Source of the DNA: Macrostomum lignano
Lineage: Eukaryota
Direction: 5' to 3'
NCBI GenBank assembly: GCA_002269645.1
Contig: NIVC01001460.1
Location: forward strand, 1 to 48,080
DNA length: 48,080 bases
This document shows positions 30,953 to 43,494 of the stretch, piece after piece. How positions within the stretch are numbered: the first letter of the stretch is position 1; each line of letters starts with the position of its first letter. Position numbers and translations under genes: made by a program. The notes beneath the pieces are model-generated. The model was not told the origin of the DNA, ran no database searches, and saw only the letters and a list, made by a program, of their open reading frames with translations.

Positions 30953-32593
30953 CTGGCACCCTGAGACCTGAACCTTGGCAGAAGCCCTGTTTTACAATTT
31001 CTGTGTCTCCGTCATCATCTCTTCTATCTATCGGTAGAAGCTGATCTTCTAAATGCCTTGACTTTTATAAACTACAAAATTTATACAATATTCCGCTAAT
31101 TAATTTAAAAAAATGTTCCTCTGTCTACTCAGACTATTGATCAGTAGAATATTTTAACTTTAATATTGGCTTCAGTATATATTGTTTTTTATTGTTAATG
31201 TTGTGTATAGTTGTTTTGCATGTCATACTACTGATCATTTAAGTAGTATCATTGGTAAGAAATATTTAGGCACTATGAAAATTGTGATAATTGAATTATA
31301 AAACTATTACTGACATTCTATTCAATTCTTTTTTATACACTAACGATATTTTGGATAATTATTCCTGCAATGCGCTGTTTATACTACTTACTTTCCTGTC
31401 TGTATTTTTTCTATTTAATATTCATATTCAAATTAAATAATCATTTAATGTCAGTAGTACGAGTAGACTGTGATGGCCATTTATTTTTAAATCGCTCATA
31501 GGTGGCTGACTTGGCTTGTAAATTCAGTACAGTTTGTAATGACATTAATGCTGTCTACTGCCAATATTTTGTTTAAATTAATGTTTATCAAGCCCTGCTA
31601 ATGTGTTGTTGTTGTGGTATTTATTAATCTTCAATTTTTGTTTCTGCAATATATTATAGATTGAATCTTTACATTATTCTCATTTTGCGGACTTATTTTT
31701 ATAGTTTTATAGTAACAATATGCAATAATGAAAATGACGTGACCACTTGCAATAGTATAATATATTCATATACTCGTAGAATGATGAAACAGCGCCTAAG
31801 GCACCCAGTTAAATGATTTTGTGTTACAAATTTCGGTTTGAATAAAAGATTTTGAGAATCGACCTAATCTTTTCTTTTAAATGTCGTTTTTTTTTATTTG
31901 GCGCCCTCCTCACTGGCTTACGAGTCTCCAAGGAAATTCCATGGAAATTCCGTGACTAGTTCTCTAAAAAGATTAAGATGGCAATATTTATGATAGTATT
32001 GCGTCAGGGCGATCAGTCAAAAGGGAGTGGGGTGCACAGACGGCAGATGTACTTGTCAAAACATTTACCATGTAATCATCATGGACATGGTAGCTAAGCA
32101 AAGGCTGCAATTGTTCCAGGTACAGGGATTTAAAGGGCATGAAATTCATCGCAATACGATGCATGTACTTTTCTCGACCATGAAGGCCTAAGTTAAACCA
32201 AGGTTAGTGAAATTATGATTTTGGCAAGTTTTTGTGGTTATACAAGGAATACATGTACATGTAATTAATTGTTTGAAACGACTCCCTGAATACTTGTGAG
32301 GAGTTCATGGAACGCACTTCATTTGCTCTGACCTGGTGCTGCGTGGGAATATATCCCGTCAGAGGACACGGACTTGCAAGACGATCCGGTACGTGGTATC
32401 AATTCCAGGATCGTGACTGCAGCAGACAACGTCAGGAGCGCAAGGCCTCTGCATGCGTAGGCAGAATGCAGTCAACAAGAGGCCGACCTGTTACAGCAAA
32501 CCGACGTCGGTCTACGCTCCCAATTTCTATCAACGTCGCTGACAAATATGTACTTTTACATTACGTCGACGGATAACGACGTAATTCTCGCAT

Positions 32594-32893
32594 ACAATTG
32601 GTGAACAAAGAATTGGTGAACACAGCATTGGTTGAACACAGCATCGGTGTGGTGCGCAGCCTATGCGTTTACAATGCATTTTCTCTTGCTCTCTAGCCAA
32701 CGTGCTCAGCACCCCAATGTATTGCGTAACTCATAGCTGCACGTCGGCAGCTGCGTGAATATATATCGCAAATATACGGCTCTTAGAGGCCAAGATTCTT
32801 ACCCACAAAAGCGGACTACGAACACTACAATCGGTAAACACAGAATTGGGAACACAGCATTGGTATAATAACGGAATGGTGAACACAGCATTT
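32594..32893. repeat. Two short clusters of the 15-bp CACAGCATTGGTGAA motif
   Basis: 32594-32650 and ~32838-32893 match the unit of the large array at 43495-44805. Confidence 0.7.
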
Positions 32894-33459
32894 TAAGGCT
32901 TTCAAGCCTGCAGTCAACCTACAGTCCAATTCTAAATTTTAAATTCCAGATTTTAGGCCCTAAATAGATTTCTACTAATTCTTATTTTATTCAGACCTTT
33001 ATGATAATTGCCTGCTACGTGCGGTGCCAATTATTATGTTACAAAACCAAATTATTCTAAGAACAAAAGCTTCTTTTCAAGCTATAAGAAAAAATTAATA
33101 CAACAAACAATGTGTTTAAGTAAAAAACTCAACTTAACTAACTGGCATGGCAACTAACTAACTGGCAGTTAAAACAATAAATGCGCATGCCATGCAGTGC
33201 CAAAATGGCTCGGTTGGTTCCATGTTGGATTTTTCGCTACATGTACAATGGCCTGTTACTATTTTTAGCCACGGCGTACGTTTGTTTAGTATCCTTAAGA
33301 AGTTTCTCCCAGTTGACGACCATGGCTTTTTCACACCACGTAATGCCTATTTTTAATTGTTCGTTTTCCCAATATAGTTCCGTATTACATGTAGCTGACG
33401 GTGCATTGCAGGCTACAAATACAAATTTCGGGCGCCGATTACAAGCCTTTGCTTTCGAA

Positions 33460-36400
33460 ATGGCCATGGAAATGGAAGAGTTCTTCGAGGCCAGTAATCA
33501 GCCTCAAGGCTGCGGTGGAAACTCCGAACAGTTCCTCAGCAGGCTGAGCAGTCAGCTACGACCTTATTTGGATGCCGCGGATGCCCTGAAAGCAGACAAG
33601 AGCAGCAGTGCTGTGAATTACCCCAGCATCGTTGTGATCGGAGACCAGTCTGAGGGCAAGTCGACGGTGCTGGAGGCGATATCCGGGGTGGAGCTGCCTA
33701 AAGCCACCAGTCTGTGCACCAGGTGTCCCATCCAGCTGCGTCTGAGGGAAGGCGACGAGAAGATTGAGATCAGGTAAGACCAAGATGTTCTGTGTGTGTG
33801 TCAGTGCCGAGTCTAAATTAAAAAATTGCTGCATGTATATGATAACTCCAGTTACGGGCAAGGCAGCAGCCTTCATCCGAAGAAAATTTCGCGTAACGAC
33901 ATTGCCCGCGAAATATCTATCTCCCAGGAGCACATTGTGTCATCTAGCGGGCTGGAGATCACTGACGAGACAATTTCTGTGCTCATCCAGACGCCTGACG
34001 GGTTCAACCTAACTCTGATTGACCTGCCAGGCATTAACAGGTGATTTTACAGGACCCCGGATCTGTATTTGCTGCTGTATTTTTCCACATGTATACTCAG
34101 CGACATCGAAAAGTCGCCATTACAAAAGATTCCATCTGTGCTTGCCACTTCTAGAGTTGCAGGTAAAGTCTCTCAATCTTTGCGAGGGATGCAACTCAGC
34201 TACGCCGTGGCAGACTTGAGTTGAGGAATGAAGTGGGGGGAGCGGTGTGCGAGGGTTGGACGGATTAAGGCTACCCCGATCAGTTTTCTTGTATCTTTTA
34301 TTTCAGAATAGTCTAAGGAAAATTGCTCACTGGCGCATAGAGTGGCGACTTTTCAATGTTGCTGAGTATATTCTGTTCTATTTTTTGTAAGACCCTGCTC
34401 AACCCAACTCAAATCAACTCAAGCCTACTCAACCCCCCAATCCCACTCTAACCAACACAACCCAACTCAACCCCTGTCAACCCAACTTTACTAAATCAAT
34501 TAAATTCAGGTTCTAACTATAGCTAACCCTAATTTTTCAATATACAAATAACCCTACGTGTAAACATGACAGAATTTGATAGATAATTTCCAGATGAGTT
34601 AAGATAAGCTGTCACTTTTACTCCGAAAGCTTGAAACGAAAATACGGGTAAAATATTTGCAGGGACACGAACGACATCGAAGAACAAACCGTGAAAATCA
34701 TCGAGCGCTACATAAAAAGCGAACAGACAATCATTACCGTGGTGTTCAAATGCACTACTGACGTTAAAGCAGTCAAGGCTTTCCAGCTCGCTAAGAAGTT
34801 CGACCCCGAGGGCAAGCGGACCATTGGTGTGATCAGTCACTGCGACACGCTGAGTGAGAACTGGGAGGAAGCGATTAGCAAGCTGGTGTCTTCACAATCA
34901 GGAGTCTTTATTCCTGTCGCTTGCCGAGACTACATTTCAGGCGGGACTTCCGCAGAGGAGAATGTGCTGTCTCAGCGTGCAGAGCCTGAAACATTCAGCT
35001 CCCGTTAGGACGAAAGCCTGGCCATTAGCATTTTGGGATCTCTATGGGGAGAAATGGGATAAATGAAAGGAATAGGAATTTTAAACGAAATAAGTAATCA
35101 AAAGTGTTCCAGATCTTGACAAGTTGAGAAAGCATACAAAAGATTTTGCGGGTGGAAACGCTAAAAGTAAGAGTTATACAGCTGTACAGCTGTGCTCTCA
35201 AAACTTATTTCACAAAGAATTCTTTTTTGTAAAGCGCTAAATGGGGTTTTGCCATGGACGAACTCCTTTAGAAAATTACACAATGGTAGATTGTGTAGTA
35301 TGCAACTGAGTTGAATAATGGCCAAAACTCGAGTGCGCGTAGCGCACGAGTGTCTATGGCCATTATTCACCGAAGTTGCATACTACACAAGTGCATTGTA
35401 TTTATACTTTCACTCAGCGCTCAGTCATTATTCCACCATTTTGCGGCCATTATTCCACACTTCTGTCGCTGTCATTATTCCACACTTTTTATTATGCTTC
35501 AATTGGTTGTTTTAAGAGTTGTTTTACCCATAGACGACTGAGTTGTGTGGCTTAGTTTGACCATAGACACACTGTGATGAGTGCTGATTTCGCTTGCGTC
35601 TTGCAAGAAATCAGGAAAGCGAGTAGTGGGAGAAAAAGCTATTTGTCTTGTCAAACAACCATGGCTGGTGCATCTCGTCGAACAGCCGCGCTTATTAATT
35701 GAAAAAATCTTCCTGTCGACGACTGAACGAATCGTGCGGCGCTACCTAGGAAGAAAACGCGACCATGCAGTCTTCAACGCCTCGACGGCTATAAGCGATG
35801 CCTCAAAGCGGCCAATCGATTCAGTCGAGCAGCCGACAGTCCTAAAAAATCCCAGCTTGGATACTGCGGTACCAAAGAAGCTCATCAGACGAAGCTCATC
35901 AGTCACAAGCCAACGACAAATACGTGCATCTTTCAAATGGTAAGTTCGGTAACTATACTTGAGCACCTGTATTTCTCTTTCATAGAAAAAATTCAACATA
36001 GATCAACGCCTTTTGCAGTGCCAAATCATCAGGCTAAAGTGTCGAGCATCTTTGGAAACTGCGCCTTTGAGAACTGTGTATGTTTCACTTTGGGTGACAA
36101 ATTGATTTTTACATTGTCAAATTTTGACTACAAACTGATGAACTGCACTAGCTGTGACATTTATTATTAACTCTTTTCGTGTAGCTGGTACTTTAGTTTT
36201 AATGATTTTCCTTTTTGTTCATTTACTTCTTGTTGTTCTGTATTTATTAACAAAAATACTGAGCGATGGATTTTTTCAATCCAAATGTCTATAGTACACA
36301 TCAAAACTGTGGAATAATGGCCAAAATATTTTTTCATTGCGTCTGGGTAAAAGTATAATTACAATGGAAATAGAAACAACTTAAACCTTTGAAGCGATAC

Positions 36401-38968
36401 GCTCGTAAGTTGCTTTTGTTACCGTCTCTTTTTAGCGAAAACGAACCGAACATCAAAACCAGCTAAATGACTTGCTCGAAGGAGAGCCGACAGAGGCGGC
36501 CGACTCCAGGAAAGTAGCATGCGCTCTGCTCAAAAGATTTGCTCAAGAGTTTGAGGAGCAGGTGAAAGGAGAGCACAGAACGGAGAAAAATGTTTTATTT
36601 TCCGAATGTGAAAGAAACTTGGACGAATTCGAGCAATCCATTCGACAACTGACGGAGCCGAACGAGGACAATGATGAACGTGAGTTTTCGGTGGACGAGC
36701 TTCTATTGTTTTTTCGCATCATCAATCACGCTATCTTCGATAAAATGAACATTTTGACAAATTACAACTGCAAATAACTTTGTTTCTTTAATCAGAAACA
36801 TCAAATTGGTTTCTAAGGTTACCTGACCTGACTTACTCTTAAAGGTAATTCTTTATTGGTTGTACTCGTAGTATAACAGTTATACTGATCGAGATTCAAT
36901 TGGAGACCGTGCAACATTCCGACGTACTCGAATTCGATGGAAATCGCTGGTAAATTAGCATTTTTAAATTAAACCGGCGGATAACACTGGCTAAAAGTCA
37001 GTGTAATGTACAAATACCCGTTTACCATGCCGCGACGTTGATACATGTTGTAGTCTTCGAATTCGTGTCAGCCGACGTCGCTGAGGTCACCGGAAGGAGG
37101 GTGAGGTTTGCGCTGATTAGAGTTGATGGTGAAGCGTGCAGCTGAGGAAAGAATTAATATTGAAAGACCAATTAGAAAGGTGTGAGAGGCAGAGTAAGAG
37201 ATAAGAAGACCCGAATATCGAACCCCAGAAACCAAGAGTGGACGGACAGTAATCAGAGAGACGCGGACGAGAGCAGATGAGTTTAGGAGATGATTTCGAG
37301 AGTCGCGACAAACGGAAAAGGGCCAAAAACGTCCAGCCGCAGGAGTGACACCGCATGGATAGTAGGACGTACATGTAAATACTCTGCGACTGGCTCCATG
37401 AAGATTTTCCAGAAGTGTTTTCTTGAGAAGCTAAACTTTTTTTGCTTTCTGTTTTGACAGAAACCTTTTGACAATTTTTTTTTCTGAGAAGGCCGTCATA
37501 GCGAGAAACAACCAAATCTTTAAACGCATTTAGCTCCAGTCATTGTCGATCTCTGGATGCAATTCAATGCCGCTCCCTGTAATATTCAAGCACACATTAA
37601 CAGCAGTGCACAACTGAACTATTTTTCCGCTCCCGCGCCAATTTACAGTGCTGAACCAAGTCAAAGAGGAGTTCAAAGACCAGCGCGGTTGCGAGTTCAA
37701 ACAGATGGCCCATGTATTTCCGGTACTGCGCCGCATCGTAAAAAATCTGGTCAATGATAAATTCTGGCCATTGACAATGGGTGTATTCGAGAAAATTTGC
37801 ACCGCAGTGACTGACTACATGGATCAACTGGCCGACGTGAATTTTGGTAAATATCCGCCCTTCAGAGACTACATGAAGGAGAGGCTGACTAAAAAAACAA
37901 CTACGATCAAGACGGATGCCCGCAAGTGGCTCGAAAATGTCTTGAAAATGGAGGCGACCTGCGTTCAGACCCGGAACCGACAGTTTATTCGAGTTGGGTG
38001 AGAGAGTTTTTACTACTTTCAACATTCCATTTTTTGTTTATGATACATGTAAATGTCATTGGCATTGCCAAAATTTAACGAAACTCTTTGTCAACGTGTG
38101 AATATTTTTACGGTAGAACAGAAGCATAAAACAGCTTATGTATGAAATTATTGAAAATCCTATAGTACTTTGCATAGGCTTCAAATACTTGAATTTTCGT
38201 TCATTAATGGAAGGCATCAGGTGATCTGTTTTAAATTCAATAGTACGAACAGTCAGTACGAACTCTACAATCATGACGCTCTTGTGACTGTACAATCGTA
38301 CTACATTATAACGTTGTATCGTCGTGTAACCTGACTTAAATAGCCGTCTACTGTAACAAATAGACGGATATCACCGCAGGACATAACATTTTTTGTTTAG
38401 CTTAAGTACACTTCGTATGTCATTTGGCCGTCGGTGTAATGTAAAATAGTGATTTTCCATTGCCTGCGATTTATTACTCTAGATAGTTGCCCTGAGAATT
38501 ACGAATTTATACTCGTACTACAGCGCAAACCACATAATAAAACCTCTCGATCGTAGTCAAACTCCACCTGCACCGCGAGAAAGCTTCTCCAGTGAAGACC
38601 TCCCGGATCATGAAGAAGATGGAGAGCACAGCGCCGCTGATGACATTCCACAGTCGTTTAGACAGAGCATGGACGAAAATGAGCTATTAATCTATGTGCT
38701 TCTAACAAAGTACCTGCTCATTCTCGCTGATCAAACTGTTGACAATGTGGCCAAAACAATCCAGTACCAGTTAAGCTACAAGCTGGCGGAAGAGATGGAC
38801 TCGATTCACGCACTCCTGCCCGAGTCCGACACTCTGCATGGGTTGATGAAAAATCCGGAAAAAGAGGATAAGCTACGCAAAGTCAGACAACAACTCAAGT
38901 TTTGGAGCAATCTGGATGACAAACTAACGCAGCAGACGTCCGAATACAAGAGGGAATCTCGAGCTTGA
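33460..38968 (+). CDS. Mx: Mx-like (myxovirus resistance / dynamin superfamily) large GTPase; exons 33460-33773, 33852-34040, 34663-~35003, [unresolved], 36436-36679, 37649-37997, 38557-38968
   Basis: BSE1 [13 protein letters not shown]; G1 GDQSEGKST; G2 TRCP; G3 LIDLPG; G4 position ISHCD; VACR; stalk QRGCEF...NFGKYPPF...[10 protein letters not shown]; no PH domain; [15 protein letters not shown]...[11 protein letters not shown]. Five of six junctions are phase-compatible; the link between 35003 and 36436 is not resolved. Start codon uncertain (33460 preferred). Confidence 0.85.
35291..36322. mobile_element. Hairpin-bearing insertion in an Mx intron; possible Crypton-like relic
   Basis: 100-bp imperfect palindrome at 35291-35390; perfect 15-bp inverted repeat GGCCATTATTCCACA (35445-35459) / TGTGGAATAATGGCC (36308-36322); peptide fragments LDTAVPKK...FKW and [11 protein letters not shown] inside. 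Family assignment is a guess. Confidence 0.35.
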
Positions 38969-41719
38969 ACGGCATGACTGTGTCAGGATGATGGCAGGTG
39001 GGTAGTCTCTCCCAAATTACAATCTCCGACGTAACTTTAATTGCATGTACATTGAATAATGTTGTCTTCACTAAATACTTGTTATAAATTTCCAATGATC
39101 ACTAGAAGTACACTACATGTAGCTATAGTTAAGATCTGATTGTTTAACGAATATTCCGGATAATTAAGTTGGCATAATATTCAAAGTACGCTCGTATATG
39201 TGAAGAAAATTGAACCCAACGGAGCCAATTTAATACTCGTACTAGTCGATTTTACCAAAAAAATACTTTCGTAAAAATGATATTGTAATATCATTTGATA
39301 TCTTAAAATAAGTAATTTCATATTCTAAAATATCGTATTTTCATTTTATTAATAATATTATAGAGTGACAGATCAATTTTCATTTAAAACCAGATGTTTT
39401 TATTGTTTATTTCCTTTACTGTTGTGCAGGTCTGTTTTAGTCTTTAGCTACATGTGATTGCTTTGATTTATTTAAGAAAATTTTATTAAAGAAAGAAAGA
39501 AAGAGTTTGCGGGCGGCGAGCCCCCACTATACCAGTAGACTAACTAATTTCAGGGGTGTGGTCGAGTGACTTAACTTGATTTCGTGCTTCATATTAACCT
39601 ACCATTAAAGCGAGTGACATTTTTATTGAGATTCCCTATCGAGCATGGACACAACTATACTAAATATAGCCCAGTAATCTTCTTAGTGCTTAATTTAGAC
39701 CTAATACATAAAGAATAAGAGCAAATAAACCATCGTCCCACCTTGAAGACGACCAGCGTCTTCATTCACTAGGTAGGTCTCTGGTAAGAAAAATCCCTCT
39801 AGTCTCTGGCAGTAAAACCATTAGATCAGTTTTTAGAGCAGTCGCGTAACAAAGCATCCAACAAGTACGCAATCCTTCTCGAACACTAGAACGATCTTGT
39901 TGGACTTTTGTTGTTCTCGGTTTGACTTTAGAAGGTTTTATACCCTACTGTTGTTGTACTTCTGATTTTGCCTTCAATTTTGTTTTAAGTTGCGAATTTT
40001 TGTTTTTTTTGTGTCTACCTAAACTTTCGTACGAGCGTATTTGAATTTTTGTGCCCCGTTAAATTATCAAATTATTGCTGATTTATTAAAGCTATCGTAA
40101 TCTCGGAAGCAATTTTTCGATTTTTTGGGGTTTTTTTTTAAAAGGCTTACTGTGATTATTTGGTGTTTTTATCGTTTTAGCTGGACTTTAGTCACGCGTC
40201 AATAAAATCAGTTGATAGATTCGTCAGCAGATAAATAAAGAATTACCTAATTAATTATTGATACCTAAAGAATTACCAGATTAATAAAAGATATAGATAA
40301 TGCTATAGATATTGATTGTTCTGAATCAATTTCATTAGTCAATATTAATTAGAATAGTTATAGTTATAATAGTTAGAATCGTTAGGGGCTTTAAAATAAG
40401 CCTAAAATAATTACGCTTTCAGAGCTAAATGTGCTAATTCATTTCTTAAAGCTTTCTAGTCGAAGATTATACCCATAGCACGAAATGTCGTACCTGCTTA
40501 AATCGCAGCCGCTTCGGTAAAAAAAACACAGCATATTCGAATTAGAAAATCTCATTCATTTCAGTAATAGGAATGATTTTAGCTCGTATTACTGCTGCAA
40601 TAGGGCTTAAATATTTTACTAATTTGCAATACGATACCATGATTACTTTATCACCATTTTTCTGTAATGAAACATTAAAATTTTGCTACTGCCTAATATT
40701 AGTAATAAGTGTAGATTGGCTGGCCAATCACTGTTAGCGGGGCCGGGGGGGTGCTTGCCGTCGCCCCGTGTTTAGGGTGCAGACTCTGAGCAAGACGAGC
40801 CTTAATTGCCATGCACAGCCTTCAGGACATTCGTAACTGAAAACGGAGAACGAATTGCTGTAAAGCAGATTCAGATTCAAACGTGTCTGAAGACAGATTG
40901 TCGATATAAATATATATCGAATATTATATGTCCCGGTGCTCGTGGTAAAGTAACTCATTATCTTTCAAGACATTTTTTAATTTCAAGTTTTGTTGTATGC
41001 TAAAACTAATTTCTGCAGGTGCCTCCATTTTTACACAGGGGGTGTGTCTCGGGCGAGCCTTCTCATTCACAACCCCCTCGAAGATTCTTGTAGAGTTTGC
41101 TGCAATGAGATGATGGCGTTTAAAAATTAGCCAGCTGAGCTTTAATTCATGATGGGAACTAGAATACCAGACAAGAACACGAGAGCTGAAATATACTTGT
41201 ATCCGTAGAAATTTTTTAAGACCGACAGAAACTGTGTTTTTGCTCTCATGATGCTAAACAAAAGGAGGTAATGGCGGTGGATCTGGGGCTGCTCGAAGAC
41301 CGCTGAAGCCGCCGATGATGAGCTGGTCTGACAGCTGCGGCAGCGGACTCGCACTGCTTAGCGATGCCGACCTGACTGAAGATGACACTGACAGCGACAG
41401 CGAGCGACCCGATATCGACACGGATATCTTCACGGAGGCGAAGCTGCTTCGAAGTTAGCCGAAGATGGATATCCGTTATGATGTGAATCTTAGTGTCTTT
41501 AATCATGCGGCTAATAATTATACAAAATATATATGGTAAGGAACTGTCTAGAAAAATCATTGACGAACGACACAGAACTTTTGCATATGTCACTGTAATG
41601 CAATCAGTTAGTGAGCATGCGATTATCCATCCTCACATGGAACGATGTGATGCCAAAGTTTGCCTGTAAGCCACAAGTAATAAATCAGGAGAAGTGATCG
41701 GTCTGCATTCAAAGAAATT

Positions 41720-43160
41720 TTAAAGAGCACAAAGCTCAGGCCGCTAACAGTTCACTCAGACCAGGGAAAAAAATTTTTTTTTCACCTTGAGCTATCGTTG
41801 GAGCTGCATATTGAAAGCAGAATTCTAGGATTGTAGAAGTATGATTTCGAACTTTTAAGATCGAAATGTGGTGATATTTTACTCACAAAAGCACTTCAAT
41901 CCTACACAGCATAAGGAGTCTCAATCGTGACACAGCACAGGGAATTTTGTGATAGGGAGGGAGTGAGCGGGAGAGTGGGTGAGAGGGATAATGGGGGAGG
42001 GGGAGTGAGGGAGAGAGAGAGGGAGGGAGAAAGGGAGAGAGAGGGAGTGAGAGAGGGAGAAAGAGGGAGAGAGATGAGGAGAGAGGGAGAGAGAGGGAGT
42101 GAGAGAGGGAGTGAGAGAGGGAGAGAGAGGGAGTGAGAGAAAGAGAAAGAGGGAGAGAGATGAGGAGAGAGGGAGAGAGAGGGAGTGAGAGAGGGAGAAA
42201 GAGGGAGAGAAATGAGGAGAGAGGGAGAAAGAGGGAGAGAGATGAGGAGAGAGGGAGAGAGGGAGAGTGAGGGGGGAAAGTGGGGGAGAGGGAGTGAGAG
42301 GGAGAGTGGGGGAGAGGGAGTGAGAGGGAAAGAGAGAAGGGAAGATAATGAAGGAACGCAGAGACACTGGAGCAATGGAATTGGGGACTCCACTCACAAT
42401 TCAATGATCTCTATGAAGGGCACACATGGGGAGTTCGGTTGAGTGCAAAACTCAGCGGCAAGAAGTATTTGCGAACTCGGACTAAAAAATGGCAGTACTG
42501 AATGACTCACTCACTCATCCCGCCAGCCAAGTGCAGCGACCCGCCAGCCATTGTCAGAGCAGTGGAATTTTACCGCTGGCAAGAGTGGGGCAGACAATGA
42601 AGCCCCACCTACTCTGCAGCTACCTGCTTGCGCCAGCCTGAGTTTGAGCTGAGCAAAAACTCCATAGCTATACGAGCTACAACTCAGTATAAGAATTGAA
42701 GTCCACACACTGGGCAGTATAGACTCTGCTACGCTGTCTGCATTGGGAGGGTATAATTAGTTATCAGATAGCGACAGAGCCGCAATTCATGCAGTAGCAG
42801 TGACAGGCTTTGGAGACAAAAGCTGTCGAGCTCAGAGCTTCGTGCCGCAACTCGCCCCGACGCGACTGACTCAAGTAACAATACAAGTATGCGAGTATCT
42901 TTCACATGCATCGATGTTCTGTAAAAGACCACTAAGGAATAGCAAGCTTTCAGCAGCAGAAGTAGTGAGGTTTGAAAAGCACAAAATGCAGGCCGCGAAC
43001 AGTTCGCTCAGACCAGAGGAAAGAATTTGTCAGCTCGAGCTTTCGACATTTAAAACAAACAGCAAACAGAGACCAGCGATTGCATAAGTATGAAATCAAG
43101 AGCTTTTAAGATTAAAATTTGGTGATATTTTACTTAAAAAAGCACTTCTAGGTCGTACAC
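41720..43160 (+). repeat. Diverged ~190-bp direct repeat (41720-41910 and 42975-43160) flanking a GA-rich tract (41945-42350)
   Basis: Shared blocks AGCACAAA..CAGGCCGC.AACAGTTC.CTCAGACCAG and TTTTAAGAT..AAAT.TGGTGATATTTTACT.A.AAAAGCACTTC. Confidence 0.75.
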
Positions 43161-43494
43161 TGGGTGGTGCCAAAGTTAGTGGAGTCTTACAATGCTACAC
43201 TTTTTAACAAAAGAATCAGAATGGAACGAATCAATTTTTGCAAGCAAAACGAGTCGGTAGTATGAATGAACCTGTATGATGGCAAGTCAATAGAAATGTT
43301 GGATAAAGTCAATGAAAATGAAAGGCAGTGACAATCACCCGGTGACAATTTCCGACTACCTCTCTCTCTACCTCTATCCCCACTTCTCTTATCCTTGGAA
43401 TCCCATATCTTGACTCGCCGCGTCATCATTTTTTGCAGAAAAAAGGCCGCAAGGATAGAACGTAAAAGTATTTTAATTATCATTTTTTAAGCAC

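Noticed and set aside
33181-33459. N-terminal 93 codons of ORF 33181-33777
   Set aside because: AT-rich and unlike Mx. Coding-like composition starts near ATG 33460, and an acceptor-like TTGCAG lies at ~33411.
37054-37100. Candidate 47-nt Mx cassette exon (TTGTAG...GTGAGG)
   Set aside because: It enters in phase 1 and exits in phase 0, but exon 37649 needs phase 1; direct splicing 36679->37649 already gives the expected stalk sequence.
39741-39770. TGAAGACG-ACCAG-CGTCTTCA hairpin as a hammerhead ribozyme core
   Set aside because: There is no GAAA after the stem on either strand and no stems I/III; it is just a short inverted repeat.
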